A stretch of DNA of 64,000 nucleotides. It comes from Mobula birostris. Lineage: Eukaryota. This document shows positions 12,511 to 25,875 of this stretch, in pieces. Location of the stretch: the NCBI RefSeq assembly GCF_030028105.1, contig NC_092380.1, forward strand, positions 70,057,717 to 70,121,716, given 5' to 3'. Under the pieces are notes generated by a model. The model was not told the DNA's origin and did no database searches. It was given only the letters and a program-made list of their open reading frames with translations. Each line of letters opens with the position of its first letter. The first letter of the stretch is position 1. A program made the translations under genes and the position numbers.

Positions 12511-13504
12511 ATATAGTTATGGTTATCATACACTTGTTATCTGGGTTTCTCCCAACATTCCAAAGCTTTCCTTGTCTGCTTGCCATGCATCAAAACACAA
12601 GGTTACTTTTCTTATCTCTAAGCTTTTCTGTTATCATTACATTCAGGATCAAAATCTGGTAAGTTTTCTTGCAGTTAGGACACTATGTGTGAACTATGGG
12701 GCCATAGGTAATAGTGACAGCAACAGCCAGCCAGACGAAAACATTAGGACTCAGGACGTTAGGATTCAAGCTTGATAGGGTTCAACCCCATCTCCAGCTT
12801 TGGAAGAGTTGCTGCTATCTGTTTTACTTCAATTATATTAAAAAGACCAACTGATGATCTATTATATCCCAAGTTGCCCTAGCTGCCCAAAACAAGAAGG
12901 GTAAAACCTTCAGTGCTGCATGGGTGTAATAGGTGGGTGTTCCCCAGGAGCTGACTTATGATCTGACTCCCAATTTACTAGTCTAATTGTACTTTTGTCT
13001 TCCATCTTACACCCCACCAATATTTAAATCCTTGGTTCATGTTGAGGAAATGCTTACAATTGACTTTAGTTTAAACTTAATGAAAACAGAACGATGGGCA
13101 GAATTGTTGTGTGTCCAGGTTGCATTTTTCAGGGATTGCTTGGTACCTAGTTTGTGCTGTGTTAACTAAGTGGTTATCTTTAACTTGAATCTCACTGGTA
13201 TAGAATCAGCAGGGTACATTCTTACACAAGAGGAAGAAGGTAGTCTTGAGAGACTTATATATGCCTTCCCCTACAACTAATCCCCCCAATCTGCTCTTTA
13301 TTGAACTACTTAGCACATCATTGTTACCATTATACTTGCATTAACTATTTTAACATATTCCTAGCTGATTGCTCTTATAACATTCATATCTTCGAAAACT
13401 CTGCTATCCTTGCCCTTACTCTTGTCTATCCCGCACTGCCACACTTGCCCATTGTAGAGCCATTCTCCTTTAAAATATTGTGGAATATTGGTAGCTCCAG
13501 TTGG

Positions 13505-13870
13505 CTATTTGGATGTTTGGTCAATTGCTGAGCTTGGCAAATTGTTTGCAAACGTTGTGGCTCCGATCGAGAAGCCATCATCAGTGTGCAGTTAAGGGTG
13601 TTGTCTCCTCAGAATGCCGCCTTATATATTCATCTGGGGCCCAAATGGATCTTGATTAGACGCCAGATCTGGTTGGCTGGTTCAAAACACAGTGAACGGT
13701 TTTGCAGCAGAAGATCCTGATTGGCTGGCTAGCTTCCAGGGAGGTCCGTTGGAAGTGTTTGCTTCACTGTCCAGATCCCCAGTTTACTGGCAATTCATTA
13801 ATTGTTGATGTCGTTGTTTCTCTTTTCTCTGTAAGGGTTTATGTACTGGATCTATGCTGATGTCTTTGTT
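13505..13870 (-). mobile_element. Penelope-like element 3' end (second family)
   Basis: NKDISIDPVHKPL GIY-YIG C-terminal motif and a ctgatgatggcttctcgatcggagcc hammerhead remnant. Homologous to 15400-15760 in the opposite orientation. Confidence 0.65.
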
Positions 13871-13874
13871 AAAC

Positions 13875-15100
13875 CATAAAACATAGGAGCAGAATTAGGC
13901 TATTTGGCCCATAGAGCCGGCTCCACCATTCAATCATTGCTGACCCTTTCTTTTCTCCTCCTCAGTCCCACTCCCTGGTCTTCTCCCCATAACCTTTGAT
14001 GCCGTGGCCAATCAAGAACCCATCAATTGCCACCTTAAATACACCCAAAAACCTGGCCTCTACAGCTGCCTGTAGTAACAAATTCACCACCCTGCAGCTA
14101 AAAAAAATTCTCCATATCTCTGTTTTAAATGGGCACCCCTTTATCCTGAGGCTGTGCCCTCTTGTCCTAGACTCCCCCACCATGGGAAACATTGTTTCCT
14201 CATCTACTTTGTCTAGGCCTTTCAACATGTGAAAAGTTTCAATGAGATCACCCCTCATCCTTCTAAATTCCAGCGAGTACAGGACCAGATCTATCAAATG
14301 TTCCTCATGTGATAACCCCTTCATTTCCGAAATCATCCTTGTGAACCTCCTCTGAATGTTCTCCAATGCCAGCACACTTTTTCTTCCAAAACTGTTCACA
14401 ATAGTGAGGGTGAGGCCTCACCAGTGCCTTATATAGCCTAAGCATCAGATCCCTGCTCTTGTATTCTAGACCTCACGAAATGAATGCTAACATTGCATTT
14501 GCCTTCCTTCCTCACCACTGACTTAACCTGTAAGTTAATCTTTAGGGTGTTCTGCACAAGGACTCCAAAGTTCCTTTGCATTTCAGATTTTTAGATTTTC
14601 TCTGTACTTAGAAAATAGTCTGCACATTTACTTCTTCTATTAAAGTGCATAACCATGCATTTTCCAGCATTGTATTTTATTTGCCACTAGTCACTGGCAC
14701 TCAACCAAAAAAGGATCCTTTTCTTCCCACTTGCTGCCTCTGGCCAATCAGACAATGCTCTAACCATACTAGCAACTTTCTTGTAATACCATGGGCTCTC
14801 AATTTGGTAAGCAGGTTTATGTGTGGCACTTTGTCAAAGGCCTTCTGAAAATCCAAATATACAACATCCACAGTATCCCCTTTATCCATCCTACTTGCAA
14901 TCTCCTCAAAGAATTCCAACAGGTTTGTCAGGCAGGATTTTCCCTCAAGAAAATCATGCTGACTTTGTCCTATCTTGTGCTGTGTCACCACATACCCCAT
15001 AACTTCATCTTGAGCAATTGACTCCAACATCTTCCCAGTCCCTGAGGTCATGTTAATGGTCTATAATTTCCTTTCTGTTGCCTCTCTCCTTTCTTAAAGA
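13875..15100 (-). mobile_element. CR1 RT fragment
   Basis: VVYLDFQKAFDKVPH and ETRTRGHSLRIKG motifs. Confidence 0.85.
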
Positions 15101-15104
15101 ATGC

Positions 15105-15760
15105 AGCTGTTGATAAGATTCTTCTGTACAGAACCACGCTTCAAGAAATACTCGTTCTTGTCTTGTTCTTGCTTGAGTCAAGAGTCTGGCTTGGAATGGT
15201 ATCCTTTTTCATTTTCATGAGATGATACTAGCTAGAGTGGGTCATGACTTCTGCTCACTAGCTGATGCTTTTGTATCCTTGTCAACAGTTTTCTTCCTGT
15301 TTAGCCAGCATAGTACTTGTTGGAGTCAATACACAACATTTTGTAGATAACATTTGTTCTGTTAGTCACATTTTGTTGCCTTTTGAGTGTTGATAGTTTC
15401 ATCCTCAAAGCTGCAGTCGACAAAGACATTGACATAGATCCGGTATATGAACCCTTACGGAGAAATGAATTGCTAGTAATCTCGGTATCTAGACAGTGAA
15501 GCAAACACCTCTAATGGACCTCCCTTGAAGCTAACCAAGCAGAATCTTCTAAACTGTTCACAGGGTTGAACCAGCCAACCAGATCATGACGTCTAATCAA
15601 TATCCATTCGGACCCCTGAGGAGTACATAAGCCGGCATTCTGAGAAGACAACAGCCTAAACTGTGCATTGATGCTGGCTTCTCGACTGGAGTCGAAACGT
15701 CTACAAACATCTTGTCAAGCTTAGCGATCAAACAATCTTCCAAACAGCCATTCTCATGTT
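15105..15760. mobile_element. Penelope-like fragments in inverted arrangement
   Basis: Minus strand ~15105-15260 encodes ERVFLEAWF (GIY-YIG). Plus strand 15400-15760 encodes KDIDIDPVYEPLRR followed by a degenerate hammerhead ...gagtcgaaacgtc. Confidence 0.6.
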
Positions 15761-16179
15761 TGATAATCAAATCCTCCAAATTCACTTCCTATTATACAGC
15801 ACTACAACCTTCAGTTCTGTTCCTCCACTCCGAACTCCTGGTCATCTTTCAATAATAATACTATTAATATTCAAAATCTACATTGGCTATCAACTGCTTC
15901 TAAGTCTGGAATTCAGTTTTTACATTTCTGTTACTCTTCTCCATTTTTCAAAATGTCTATTAAAACCATCACTTTTATTCAATTTATGGTCATCTGTCCT
16001 TGCATCTCATAATGGGCTTTTGGTTAAAATTTAATTTGCTAACACACTTATGAAGGGCCTTGAGACATCTTTGTCCCAAATGGCCTGTATATGCCACTGA
16101 TGTACTGTTGTTTGGGGAGCTATTTTAGAAGTTGGACTTGATCCTTGGAGGCAACAAGTGGAACAAAATCACATTTACC

Positions 16180-16493
16180 TCAAAATGTTAAATGAAACTT
16201 TTGTTCTATTCTTTTGCTTGTCTCTGAGTGAAATATCGTACATCTGACTTCCAAGCCCCGATCAGATCGTTCTGGAGCAAATTCTATGCTGGTTGTTGAA
16301 GAAAAAAGACCACTTGCAGTAATCTGAGGTTGACTATTATTCACAGGTCCTGTGAAGGGTTGTTCTCCTTTGAACCACTTCACTTCAATTTCCAGTGGTA
16401 CATAATTGGTCAGTGAAACTGTGAAAGTAGCCATTTTGTTTTCCTCCAGATGTGTTGGGTTGCACTTGATTTCAGACACAGTGGGGAAATGTC
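16180..16493 (-). CDS. Exon 10: post-TM C1-like Ig domain 6, ending in TGA
   Basis: ttccactttaag|GA CAT TTC...TTT TGA. FTVSLTNYVP..VKWFKG..SGLFSSTTS..VRCTIFH; the B-strand Cys is replaced by V. Confidence 0.87.
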
Positions 16494-17499
16494 CTTAAAG
16501 TGGAACACAACATGGAAATATAGTCAGTCCCATTGACTAGAGCTGATTGTTCAAATTCTGACAAATAAATTTTCCAAAGTTAAGATAAATATGTTGAATG
16601 TAGAAATTTCAAATACTAAAGCTTATACAGTAGACAAGACCGCTATAGATTAAAGCATCTGAGAAAATGATATATCACATATATCCAAGTAAACATTCAA
16701 AACGGCACCGTTTGTAGGCTAAATAAATGTCAGCAGGCCTACATAAATCCTTAATCAGGACGGAATATAGGAGTAGAAAGTGGAAACAACAAAATTTATT
16801 AGATAAAGATATTTTCTAGAGTTTAATAAAAAATTATACACTTTCAGGATGGGCAAATAAAAGCATGAATTACTGAGCAGTCGGAAAAGATGTTAACAGT
16901 TTACATGGGAAACTAGGCTGGTTGTGTTTCTGATGAATAGCCAATAACAAGTGTTAAGAAACATAACTTTTACAATGTAGTATTGAAATGCCTTGAGCAA
17001 CTCTTATTAGTGATTCTAAATATCACATCTGGACCCTTGTTTCCAATGACATCATACATTTACTGAGAGGAGTAAAAGTGGGTAATTGAACAAACTCCAA
17101 TCCTCAAATGGAATATTTGATCCTATTATACCCAGTAATCTCATAGATGAGGATCTATAAAAGGCAGCTAAGAGTTAACATATTGCTTTGGTTCTGGAGT
17201 GTGTATAAGCCAGGTTTGCCAAAATAGTACTCTTCCACCTCCAAGCCCATTAGTAAATCAGATAGGTTTAAAAATGGTCCCATAATTATTTTTTAAAAGT
17301 CCTAAAATTGCTAAGGTGTACTTTGTTCTCAAGGCTACAATAATGTCCCACCTAATTCATATGTTGGAAGGTTCAAAATTTGAAATGTTGAAAAATTAAG
17401 TGAAATATGACACTGATTCAGTCACATGCTCAGCTTTTAACATGGATGTAAAAGTGTACTTGGTTTATTGAGTTATCGAATAATCGGAGCAGCCACTTA

Positions 17500-20420
17500 G
17501 AATCACACAGCCACAGAACACTTCAGCATAGAACCAGGCCCTTTGGCTCATCTAGACCATGCTGATCCATTGATCTGCTTAGTCCCATCGACCTGCACCT
17601 GGACCATAACCCTCCATACCTCTCCCATCCAGATACCTATCCAAATTTCTCTTAAATGTTGAAATCGAACCCGCATCCACCACTTGTGCTGACAGCTCAT
17701 TCCACATTCTCACCACCCTCTCAGTGAAGAAGTTTCCCCTTGTGTTCCCCTTAAAAATTTCACCTTTCACCCTTAGCCAATTACCACTAGTTCTAGTCTC
17801 ACCTAACCTCACTGCAAAAAGCCTGCTTGTATTTGCACTATCAATACTACTCATAATTTTTGTACCTCTATCAAATCTCCCCTCAATTTTCTACATTCTA
17901 GGGAATAAAGTCTTAACCTATTTAACCTTCTCCTATAACTCAGGTCCTCAAGTGTTGGCAGTATCCTTGTAAATTTTCTTTGCACTCTTTCAACCTTATT
18001 GGGCAGGTGGCCAAGTGGTTAAGGAGTTCGTCTAGTTTTCTCAAGGTCGCTAGTTCGAGCCTCAGCTGTGGCGGTGCATTTGTGCCCTTGAGCAAGGCAC
18101 TTAATCACACATTGCTCTAGTCTGTGTGAGCAGTGGCGCCCCGCATAGACTTCTAATCTGCACCTTGTAAGGCATGAAAATGCCCGATGCAGGCCTCTCA
18201 TGGTCTGAGTCGATGTTCCCCCCAATCTTATTTACATCTTTCCTGTAGGTAGGTGACCAAAACTGCACACAATACTCCAAATTAGACCTCACACTGACAT
18301 CTTATACAATTTCAACATAATATCCCAATTCCTATACTCAATACATTGATTAATGAAGGCCAATGCTCCAAAAGCTTTCTTTTAAGACTATCTAAATGTG
18401 ATGCCATTTGCAGGAATTTATGGATCTGTATTCCCAGATTCCTCTGTTCTACTACACTCTTCAGTGTCCTACTGCTCTTCATGTAAGACCGGGTTGGTGT
18501 TCCCAAAGTGCAACACCTCACACTTGTCTACATTAAATTCCATTTGCCAGCTGGTCCAGATCCTGCTACATGCTTTGATAGTCTTCCTTGCTGTCCACTA
18601 CACCCCCTAATCATGGTGTCATCAGCAAAGTGGCTGATCCAGTTTACTGCATTATTATACAGATCATTGATGTAGATGACAAACAACAATAGACCCAGCA
18701 CTAATCCCTGTGGCACACTACTAGTCATAGGCTTCCAGTCAGAGAAGCAACCATTTACTACCTCATCATGAATGCCAAGTGTCTGAGGCTTCTTGACCAA
18801 CCTCCCATGCAGCACTTCATCAAAAGCCTCACTAAAGTCCATGTGGGCAACGTCCACTGTCTTGCCTTAATCAACTTTACTGGCTTGTTCCTTGAAAAAC
18901 TCTATAAGATTTGTTAGACAAGACCTACCATGCACAAAGCCATGTTAACTATCCCTAATCAATCCCTATCTATCCAAATACTTATATATCTGGACCTTTA
19001 GACCACCTCCCAATAACATTCCCACTACTGATTTTGTGGCGTATTCATAGAGCCTTTCGTAAACAATGGAACAACATTAGCTATCCTCCAATTCTCTGGA
19101 ACCTCACCCATACCTAAGGATGTTTTAAATATCTCTCCTAGGGTCCCTACAATTTCTGCTCTAGCCTCCCACAGGGTCCAGGGAAATACCTTGTTAGGCC
19201 CTAGAGATTTATCCATCCTAACTCACCTCAAGATAGCAAACACGTCTTCCTCTGTAATCTGTATACGGTCCAAGACCTCACTGCTGCCTTGCTTCACATC
19301 CATAGACTATGCGTCCATCTTCCAGTTAAATACAAATGTAAAAAAATATCCATTCAAGATCTCCCCCATCTCTTTTGGTTTCACTTATAGATTACCACTT
19401 TCATCCTCCAGAGGAGCAATGTTGGTCCTTTGCTATCCTTTTGGTTTTAATATATCTGAGAAGACCTTAGGATTCTCCTTCACCTTGTCTGCTAGAGAAA
19501 CCTCATGCCTTCTTTTAGCCCTCCTGATTTTCTTCTTAAGTGTTGTCTTGCATTTCTTCTACTCCTCAAGAACCTCATTTGTTCCTGCCTGTCTATAACA
19601 TACCTGCTATGCTCTTCCATTTTTGTCTTAACTAGCACCTGATTATCTTTCGAAAACTTAAGGTTACTAAACCTGTTATCCTTGCCTTTTATTCTGACAG
19701 GAGCATACAAACTGTCCCAATTCACACTTGCCAGATCCTCTCTGATACCATCAGAATAGACCTTTCTCCAAATTAGAATCTCAACCTATGGACCAGATCT
19801 ATCTTTTTGCATATTTACTTTGAAAGCAATGGCTTGTGGTCACTGGATGCAAAGTGTTCTCGTACACAAACTTCTGTCACCTGCCCTGTCTCATTCCCTA
19901 ATAGCAAATCAAATATTGCGCACACACTCATTGGGACTTCTATGTACTAATTAAGGAAACTTTCCTGAACACATTTGACAAATTCTATCCCATCAAGCCT
20001 TTATGGAAGTCCCAGTCAATATGTGGAAGGTTAAAATCACCTATTACAACCTCATGTTTCCTGAAAGAGTCAGCAATCTCTCTACAAATTTGCTCTTCTT
20101 AAATCCTGTGGAGTGTTGGGTGGTCCATAATATAATCCCATTAATGTGCTCATGCCTTTCTTAGTCTTCTGTTCTATGCATAAAGCCTTAGTGACCAAGA
20201 TCTCCTGTCTGACACTCCTCCCTCCTCTAATCCCTCCTGCTCTATCACATCTGAAACAACTTAACTCCAGAACATTGACCTGCCAGTCCTGCCCCTCCTG
20301 CAACAAAGTCTCACTAATAGCTACAATGTCATAATTCCATGTGCTGATCCATGCTCTAAATTCATCCGCTTTTCTACAATACTCCTTGCATTGAAATATA
20401 CGCAGATCAGAACATTAGTG
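17500..20420 (-). mobile_element. CR1 ORF2 (APE-RT), degraded, with a SINE inserted
   Basis: Continuous CR1 motifs (MDFSEAFDEVLHGRL, VPQGLVLG, FADDT, ETRTSGNWLRVKG). Confidence 0.85.
18001..18222 (+). mobile_element. tRNA-derived SINE with ~10-bp TSD
   Basis: Box A TGGCCAAGTGG and box B AGTTCGAGCC. Flanked by caaccttatt (17991-18000) and caatcttatt (18223-18232) inside a CR1. Confidence 0.75.
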
Positions 20421-20459
20421 CAACCATGTTCAAACTACTGATTCCCAATTTTGTATGTA

Positions 20460-23150
20460 GGATTTGGAAACTGTTTATTTTAATGCTAGGAGCATTGTAA
20501 AAAAGGTGAATGAGCTTGGAGCATGGATTGATACCTGGAAGTATGATGTTGTAGTTATTAGTGAAACATGGCTGCAGGAGGGTGTGACTGGCAACTAAAT
20601 ATTCCTGGATTTCATTGCTTCAGGTGTGATAGAATCAGAGGGACGAGAGGGGGAGGTGTTGCATTGCTTGTCAGAGAGAATATTACAGCAGTGCTCTGGC
20701 AGGATAGATTAGAGGGCTTGTCTAGGGAGGCTATTTGGGTGGAATTGAGGAATGGGAAAGGTGTAGTAACACATAGGGGTGTATTATAGACCACCTAATG
20801 GGGAGTGAGAATTGGAGGAGCAAATTTGTAAGGAGATAGCAGATATCTGTAGTAAGCACAAGGGTGTCATTGTGGGAGATTTTAATTTTCCACACATAGA
20901 CTGGGAGCCCATACTGTAAAAGGGCTGGATGGTTTGGAGTTTGGAGTCTGTTAGGGAATGAGATAGTTCAGGTTACGGAGGTCTGTGTTGGGGAGCACTT
21001 CGGGTCCAGTGATCACAATGCCATTAGTTTCAATATAATTATGGAGAAGGATAGGTCTGGACCCAGGGTTGAGATTTTTGATTGGAGAAAGGCTAACTTT
21101 AAGGAGATGTGAAAGGATTTAGAAGAATTAGATTGGGATAATTTGTTTTATGGGAAGGATGTAATAGAGAAATGGAGGTCATTTAGAGGTGAAATTTTGA
21201 CAGTACAGAATCTTTATGTTCCTGTTAGGTTGGAAGGAAAGGTTAAAAGTTTGAGAGAGCCATGGTTTTCAAGGGATATTGGAAACTTGGTTCGGAAAAA
21301 GAGAGATATCTACAATAAATATAGGCAGCATGGAGTAAATGAGGTGCTCGAGGAATATAAAGAATGTAAAAAGTATCTTAAGAAAGAAATTCAAAAAGCT
21401 AAAAGAAGAGACAAGGTTGCTTTAGCAAGTAAGGTGAAAATAAATCCAAAAGATTTCTACAGTTATATTAATAGCAAAAGGATAGTGAGGGATAAAATTG
21501 GTCCCTTAGAGAATCAGAATGGACAGCTATGTGTGGAACCAAAAGAGATGGGGGAGATTTTGAACAATTTCTTTTCTTCGGTATTCACTAAGGAGAAGGA
21601 TATTGAATTGTGTAAGGTAAAGGAAACAGGTAGGGATGTTTTGGAAACTATGATGATTAAAGAAGAGGAAGTATTGGCGCGTTTAAGGAATATAAAAGTT
21701 GTAAGTCTCCGGGTCCTGACAGGATATTCCCCAGGACCTTGAGGGAAGTTAGTGTCGAAATAGCAGGGGCTCTGACTGAAATATTTCAGATGTCATTAGA
21801 AACGGGAATGGTGCTGGAGGATTGGCGTATTGCTCATGTTGTTCCATTGTTTAAAAAGGGTTCAAAGAGTAAATCTAGCAATTATCCGCCTGTAAGTTTG
21901 ACGACAGTGGTGGGTAAATTAATGGAAGGTATTCTTAGAGATGGTATATATAATTATCTGGATAGTCAGGGTCTGATTAGGAACAGTCAACATGAATTTG
22001 TGCGTGGAAGGTCATGTTTGACAAATTGAATTTTTTGAAGAGGTTACTAGGAAAGTTAACAAGGGTAACGCGGTGGATGTTGTCTATATGGACTTCAGTA
22101 AGGCCTTTGACAAGGTTCCACATGGAAGGTTAGTTAGGAAGATTCAAATGTTAGGTATTAATATTGAAGTAGTAAAATGGATTCAACATTGGCTGGATGG
22201 GAGAGGCCAGAGAGTAGTGGTAGATAACTGCTTGTCAGGTTGGAGGCCGATGACTGATGGGGTGGTAAATTGAATTAGTAAGAATGCAGATGATACCAAG
22301 ATAGGTGGCATTGTGGATAATGAAGTAGGCTTTCAAAGCTTGCAGAGAAATTTAGGCCAGTTAGAATAGTGGGCTGAAAGATGGCAAATGGAGTTTAATA
22401 CTGATGAGTGTGAGGTGCTACATTTTGGTAGGACTAATCAAAATGGGACATACATGGTAAATGATAGGGCATTGAAGAATGCTTTAGAACAGAGTGAGCT
22501 AGTAATAATGGTGCATAGTTCCCTGAAGATGGAATCTCATGTGGATAGGGTGGTGAAGAAAGCCTTTGGTATGTTGGCCTTTATAAATCAGAGCATTGAG
22601 TATAGGAGTTGGGATGTAATGTTAAAATTGTACAAGGCATTGGTAAGGCCAAATTTGGAGTACTGTCTATAGTTCTGGTCACCGAATTATAGAAAAGAAG
22701 TCAACAAAATAGAAAGAGTATAGAGAAGATTTACTATAATGTTACCTGGGTTTCAGCACCTAAATTACAGAGAAAGGTTGAACAAGTTGGGTCTTTATTC
22801 TTTGGAGCGTAGAAGGTTGAGGGGGTTAGATAGAGTTGACGTGGATAGGCTTTTTCCATTGAGAGTAGGGGAGATTCAAACAAGAGGACATGAGTTGAGA
22901 GGGGGCAAAAGTTTAGGGGTAACGTGAGGGGAAACTTCTTTACTCAGAGAGTGGTAGCTGTGTGGAACGATCTTCCAGTAGAAGTGGTAGAGGCAGGCTC
23001 GATATTGTCATTTAAGGTAAAATTGGAAAGGAATGGAGGGTTATGGGCTGAGTGCAGGTCGGTGGGACTATATGAGAGTAAGCTTTTGCCACAGACTAGA
23101 AGGGCCCAGATGGTCTGTTTCCATGCTGTAATTGTAATATGGTTAGATAC
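20460..23150 (+). mobile_element. CR1 near-complete ORF2, degraded
   Basis: YFNARSI..VISETW APE motifs through MDFSKAFDKVPHGRL and TRGHEL to the 3'UTR. Multiple stops and deletions. Confidence 0.88.
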
Positions 23151-23239
23151 GATTTACATTTTTCTCCATAACCACTCCACGAACTGTTCCGTGGCCCCCG
23201 CAACTCTAGTTTAAACCATGCCCCCCCCGTGCAACATTT

Positions 23240-24000
23240 GCAAATTTTCCCACTATTTTGGACACTCTCGGAGAACAAAACTCATCAAGAAAAGAGCCAG
23301 GAACTTCTTCCTTCATTCGGGGGCACTACGCCACTTATTTGGGGCAGGAGAATGTTGTCGAAGTTTCTAACTGGCGTCAAATGCATGCACTTGTGTGACC
23401 ATTAGAAGTTACACTGTGCTTGGAGTGAGCTGTTTTTAAGGAGCATCAGTTGAATGTGCTTGTGTTTATAGAGCACTGATTTTTGTCACTGATCATTGGT
23501 GAGAAACAAGCAGTAAGACGATTCAGAACCGTTTTGCTTGCTGTGGTTTCAAGTATTCAGGCTTGGAGATACTAGGAACAGCCAGGAGTGAAAATGAAAT
23601 GATTACACCACTTAACCAAGTTAAGAATGAAAAAGAGTTTGAAGGTATTGACAATCGTATAACGATAATGAAGATTTGGTGATTGCAGTCATCAATAGCA
23701 TTGTATGAAGGCAGCCCATTGTCTGCACTGATTTTGTTCATTTATAATCAATCAAAAGAAGCAGCAATGTACACTGGATGAACTACTAGGAACTAATACA
23801 GTTTTATAGTACTGTAGTGGTATTGAAAGTGTTCTAATTTGTTTTGTATTTCATTTAAATACATAATTTGTTATTCAGTTAAATGGTAGTTTGTCTCTTA
23901 CTATTTCCATGAAACTTAGGCTAATTGGGCAGCCACTTAACTGGACCAAATTGTACTGGTCTGATGTGTCCCAATTAACTGGACTCAATTGTACTTCAAT
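23240..24000 (+). mobile_element. Tigger/pogo-like DNA transposon relic
   Basis: Terminal ...gtcccaattaactgga-like end and a degraded transposase-tail-like segment. Boundaries are uncertain. Confidence 0.45.
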
Positions 24001-24201
24001 TCAAAGCCCATCTTTTCTGCTATTAATACCTTTACTCAAGTAAAGGTTTATAAACTCACCTGGGCCCATGCTGGAAACAAGTATATGAAAACAAATTATG
24101 TTATTCAAAAACAATTAGCAGTTGGTTTTTTTACTCTGATAAATTCAGTTCTTGCTAACAAAATTAATAAACGTATAGGGTTTTGCACCAGTTTAACTTA
24201 C

Positions 24202-24513
24202 CTGGAAGCGGTAAACGAAACTGCTTTTTAATACCATCAGATGAAAGTCCATTTTTCACCACAATGGCAAATTTCTTATTATAATGCAATGCTGTTGGTA
24301 TAAACTCCAGACAGGAGGACAAATGATAAGATCCATCCTTTTCCATTACGGGGCTTGAATTTTTTACTCCTTTTAAGAAGGGTTCCTCATCCATTAGCCA
24401 TTGGGTGGAAATTTCATTGTGAGAAAAACTGGTTACATTACATTTAAGAACAAGAGGCTGGCCATATAATGGATTTTCTGGCTCGAGAATGACATCAGAA
24501 AGCTTTGGAATTC
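24202..24513 (-). CDS. Exon 9: post-TM C1-like Ig domain 5
   Basis: tttttcttcaaatag|GA ATT CCA...CCA G|gtaagt, 312 nt. LKCNVTSFSH..TQWL..KDGSYHLSS; the F-strand Cys is replaced (FAIVVKN). Confidence 0.87.
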
Positions 24514-25249
24514 CTATTTGAAGAAAAAGCAGACACTGTTTACTTACTGCTTTTGCTCTATATTATTTAAGCAACCCTGCCTTCTCCCATACAAATACTA
24601 TTGTAATCAGATGAAATTTTATTGAAGAATAGAATTACCAGAATTCCAGGGAAGGAAAAACACTATTATATTCTGATTTAGGTACACTTTTGGGCTGTTA
24701 ATCTGAAGTTCCCAAAAGAGCTGACTAAATTTAAAACTAATCAACTGACAATATATAAAAACACTTCAAAACAGCTTTTCTATGTGTTTCAGACTTACTA
24801 AATTGTACTTACTTAATTAGCTAGTAATCAAGAAACGGATCCCACTTACCAAAGAAATATTTGGAAAGCAAATAAAGATGCAAATGTTGGAATCTGAGAA
24901 AAGAATGGAACTGCAGGAAGAACTCAGTTGTCAAGCAGCATGTGCGGAAAGAGAAAATGGTTAACGCTGCAGCTGGACAACCCTTCATCAGAACGAAGAA
25001 GTAAACAAAGTTGACGTTAGTTTAAACAGCAGAGGAGATGAGGAAGGACAATGGGTGGAACAAACGGGGTGTAATGTTATTACTATTGAATGAATATTTG
25101 TGTAACACATTGCTAACATTTTGCAGTCTTGGTCCTGTTGATTCATCTGGCTTTCATGCTGAGCAGGCCAGAAAAGAAAATGAAAGAAAGGAAAGGAGTG
25201 GGTGAGAGGATGAAGCAGTATTGAAATTACAAATGGCAAGTCCAGATAA

Positions 25250-25875
25250 AAACAGAAAGAAAAAACAAGTTAACAAAAGTTGGTGGCCAGCCATTTCAAT
25301 TCTACTTCCCATTCCCATACCTACATGTCAGACCATGGCCTCCTCTACTGCCAGAATGAGATCACACTCAGGCTGGAGGAGCAAAATCTTATATTCTGTC
25401 TGGGTAGCCTCCAACCTGATGGCATGAACATTGAGTTCTCTAACTTACGTTAATTGTCCCCCTTCACCATTCCCCAATCCCATTTCCCTCTTTCACCTCT
25501 TTACCTGTCCATCATCTCCCTCTGTGCTCCTCCCCTTTGCCTTTCTTCCATGGTCTTCCAGTATCTATCAGATTCCCCCTTCTCCAGCCTTTTATTTTTT
25601 TTTTATCAATCAACTTCCCAACTCTTTACCCCCCCTTCCCAGTTTCACCTATCACCTTGTACTTCTTCCTCTCCTCCCCTCCCCCCACCTTCTTGCTCTG
25701 ACTTCTCATTTTTTTACCAGTTCTGATGTCCTGAAACATTGACTGCTTTCTCTTTTCCATAGATGCTGCCTGGCCTATTGGATGTGGAGGTATATTGGCC
25801 TTCTACATCTGGCCCTTTTATATTGTACATCCAATAGTCCAGCTGAGTTCCTCCACCATTTTGTGTGTGCTAACT
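25250..25875 (+). mobile_element. Penelope-derived CT-rich element carrying a templated insertion
   Basis: Same family as 58245-58765 and 62285-63180 (cactctggttggaggaa-like segment, CT-rich body, gatgctgcctggcc..gctgagttcctcc tail). Confidence 0.65.

Noticed and set aside
18001-18075. tRNA-like sequence with boxes A and B
   Set aside because: No complete cloverleaf. It is the head of a SINE flanked by a TSD.
25431-25742. Pro/Ser/Phe-rich ORFs here and at 55415-55820, 58154-58706 and 62415-62685
   Set aside because: They are translations of CT/GA-rich low-complexity or Penelope-derived repeat bodies.
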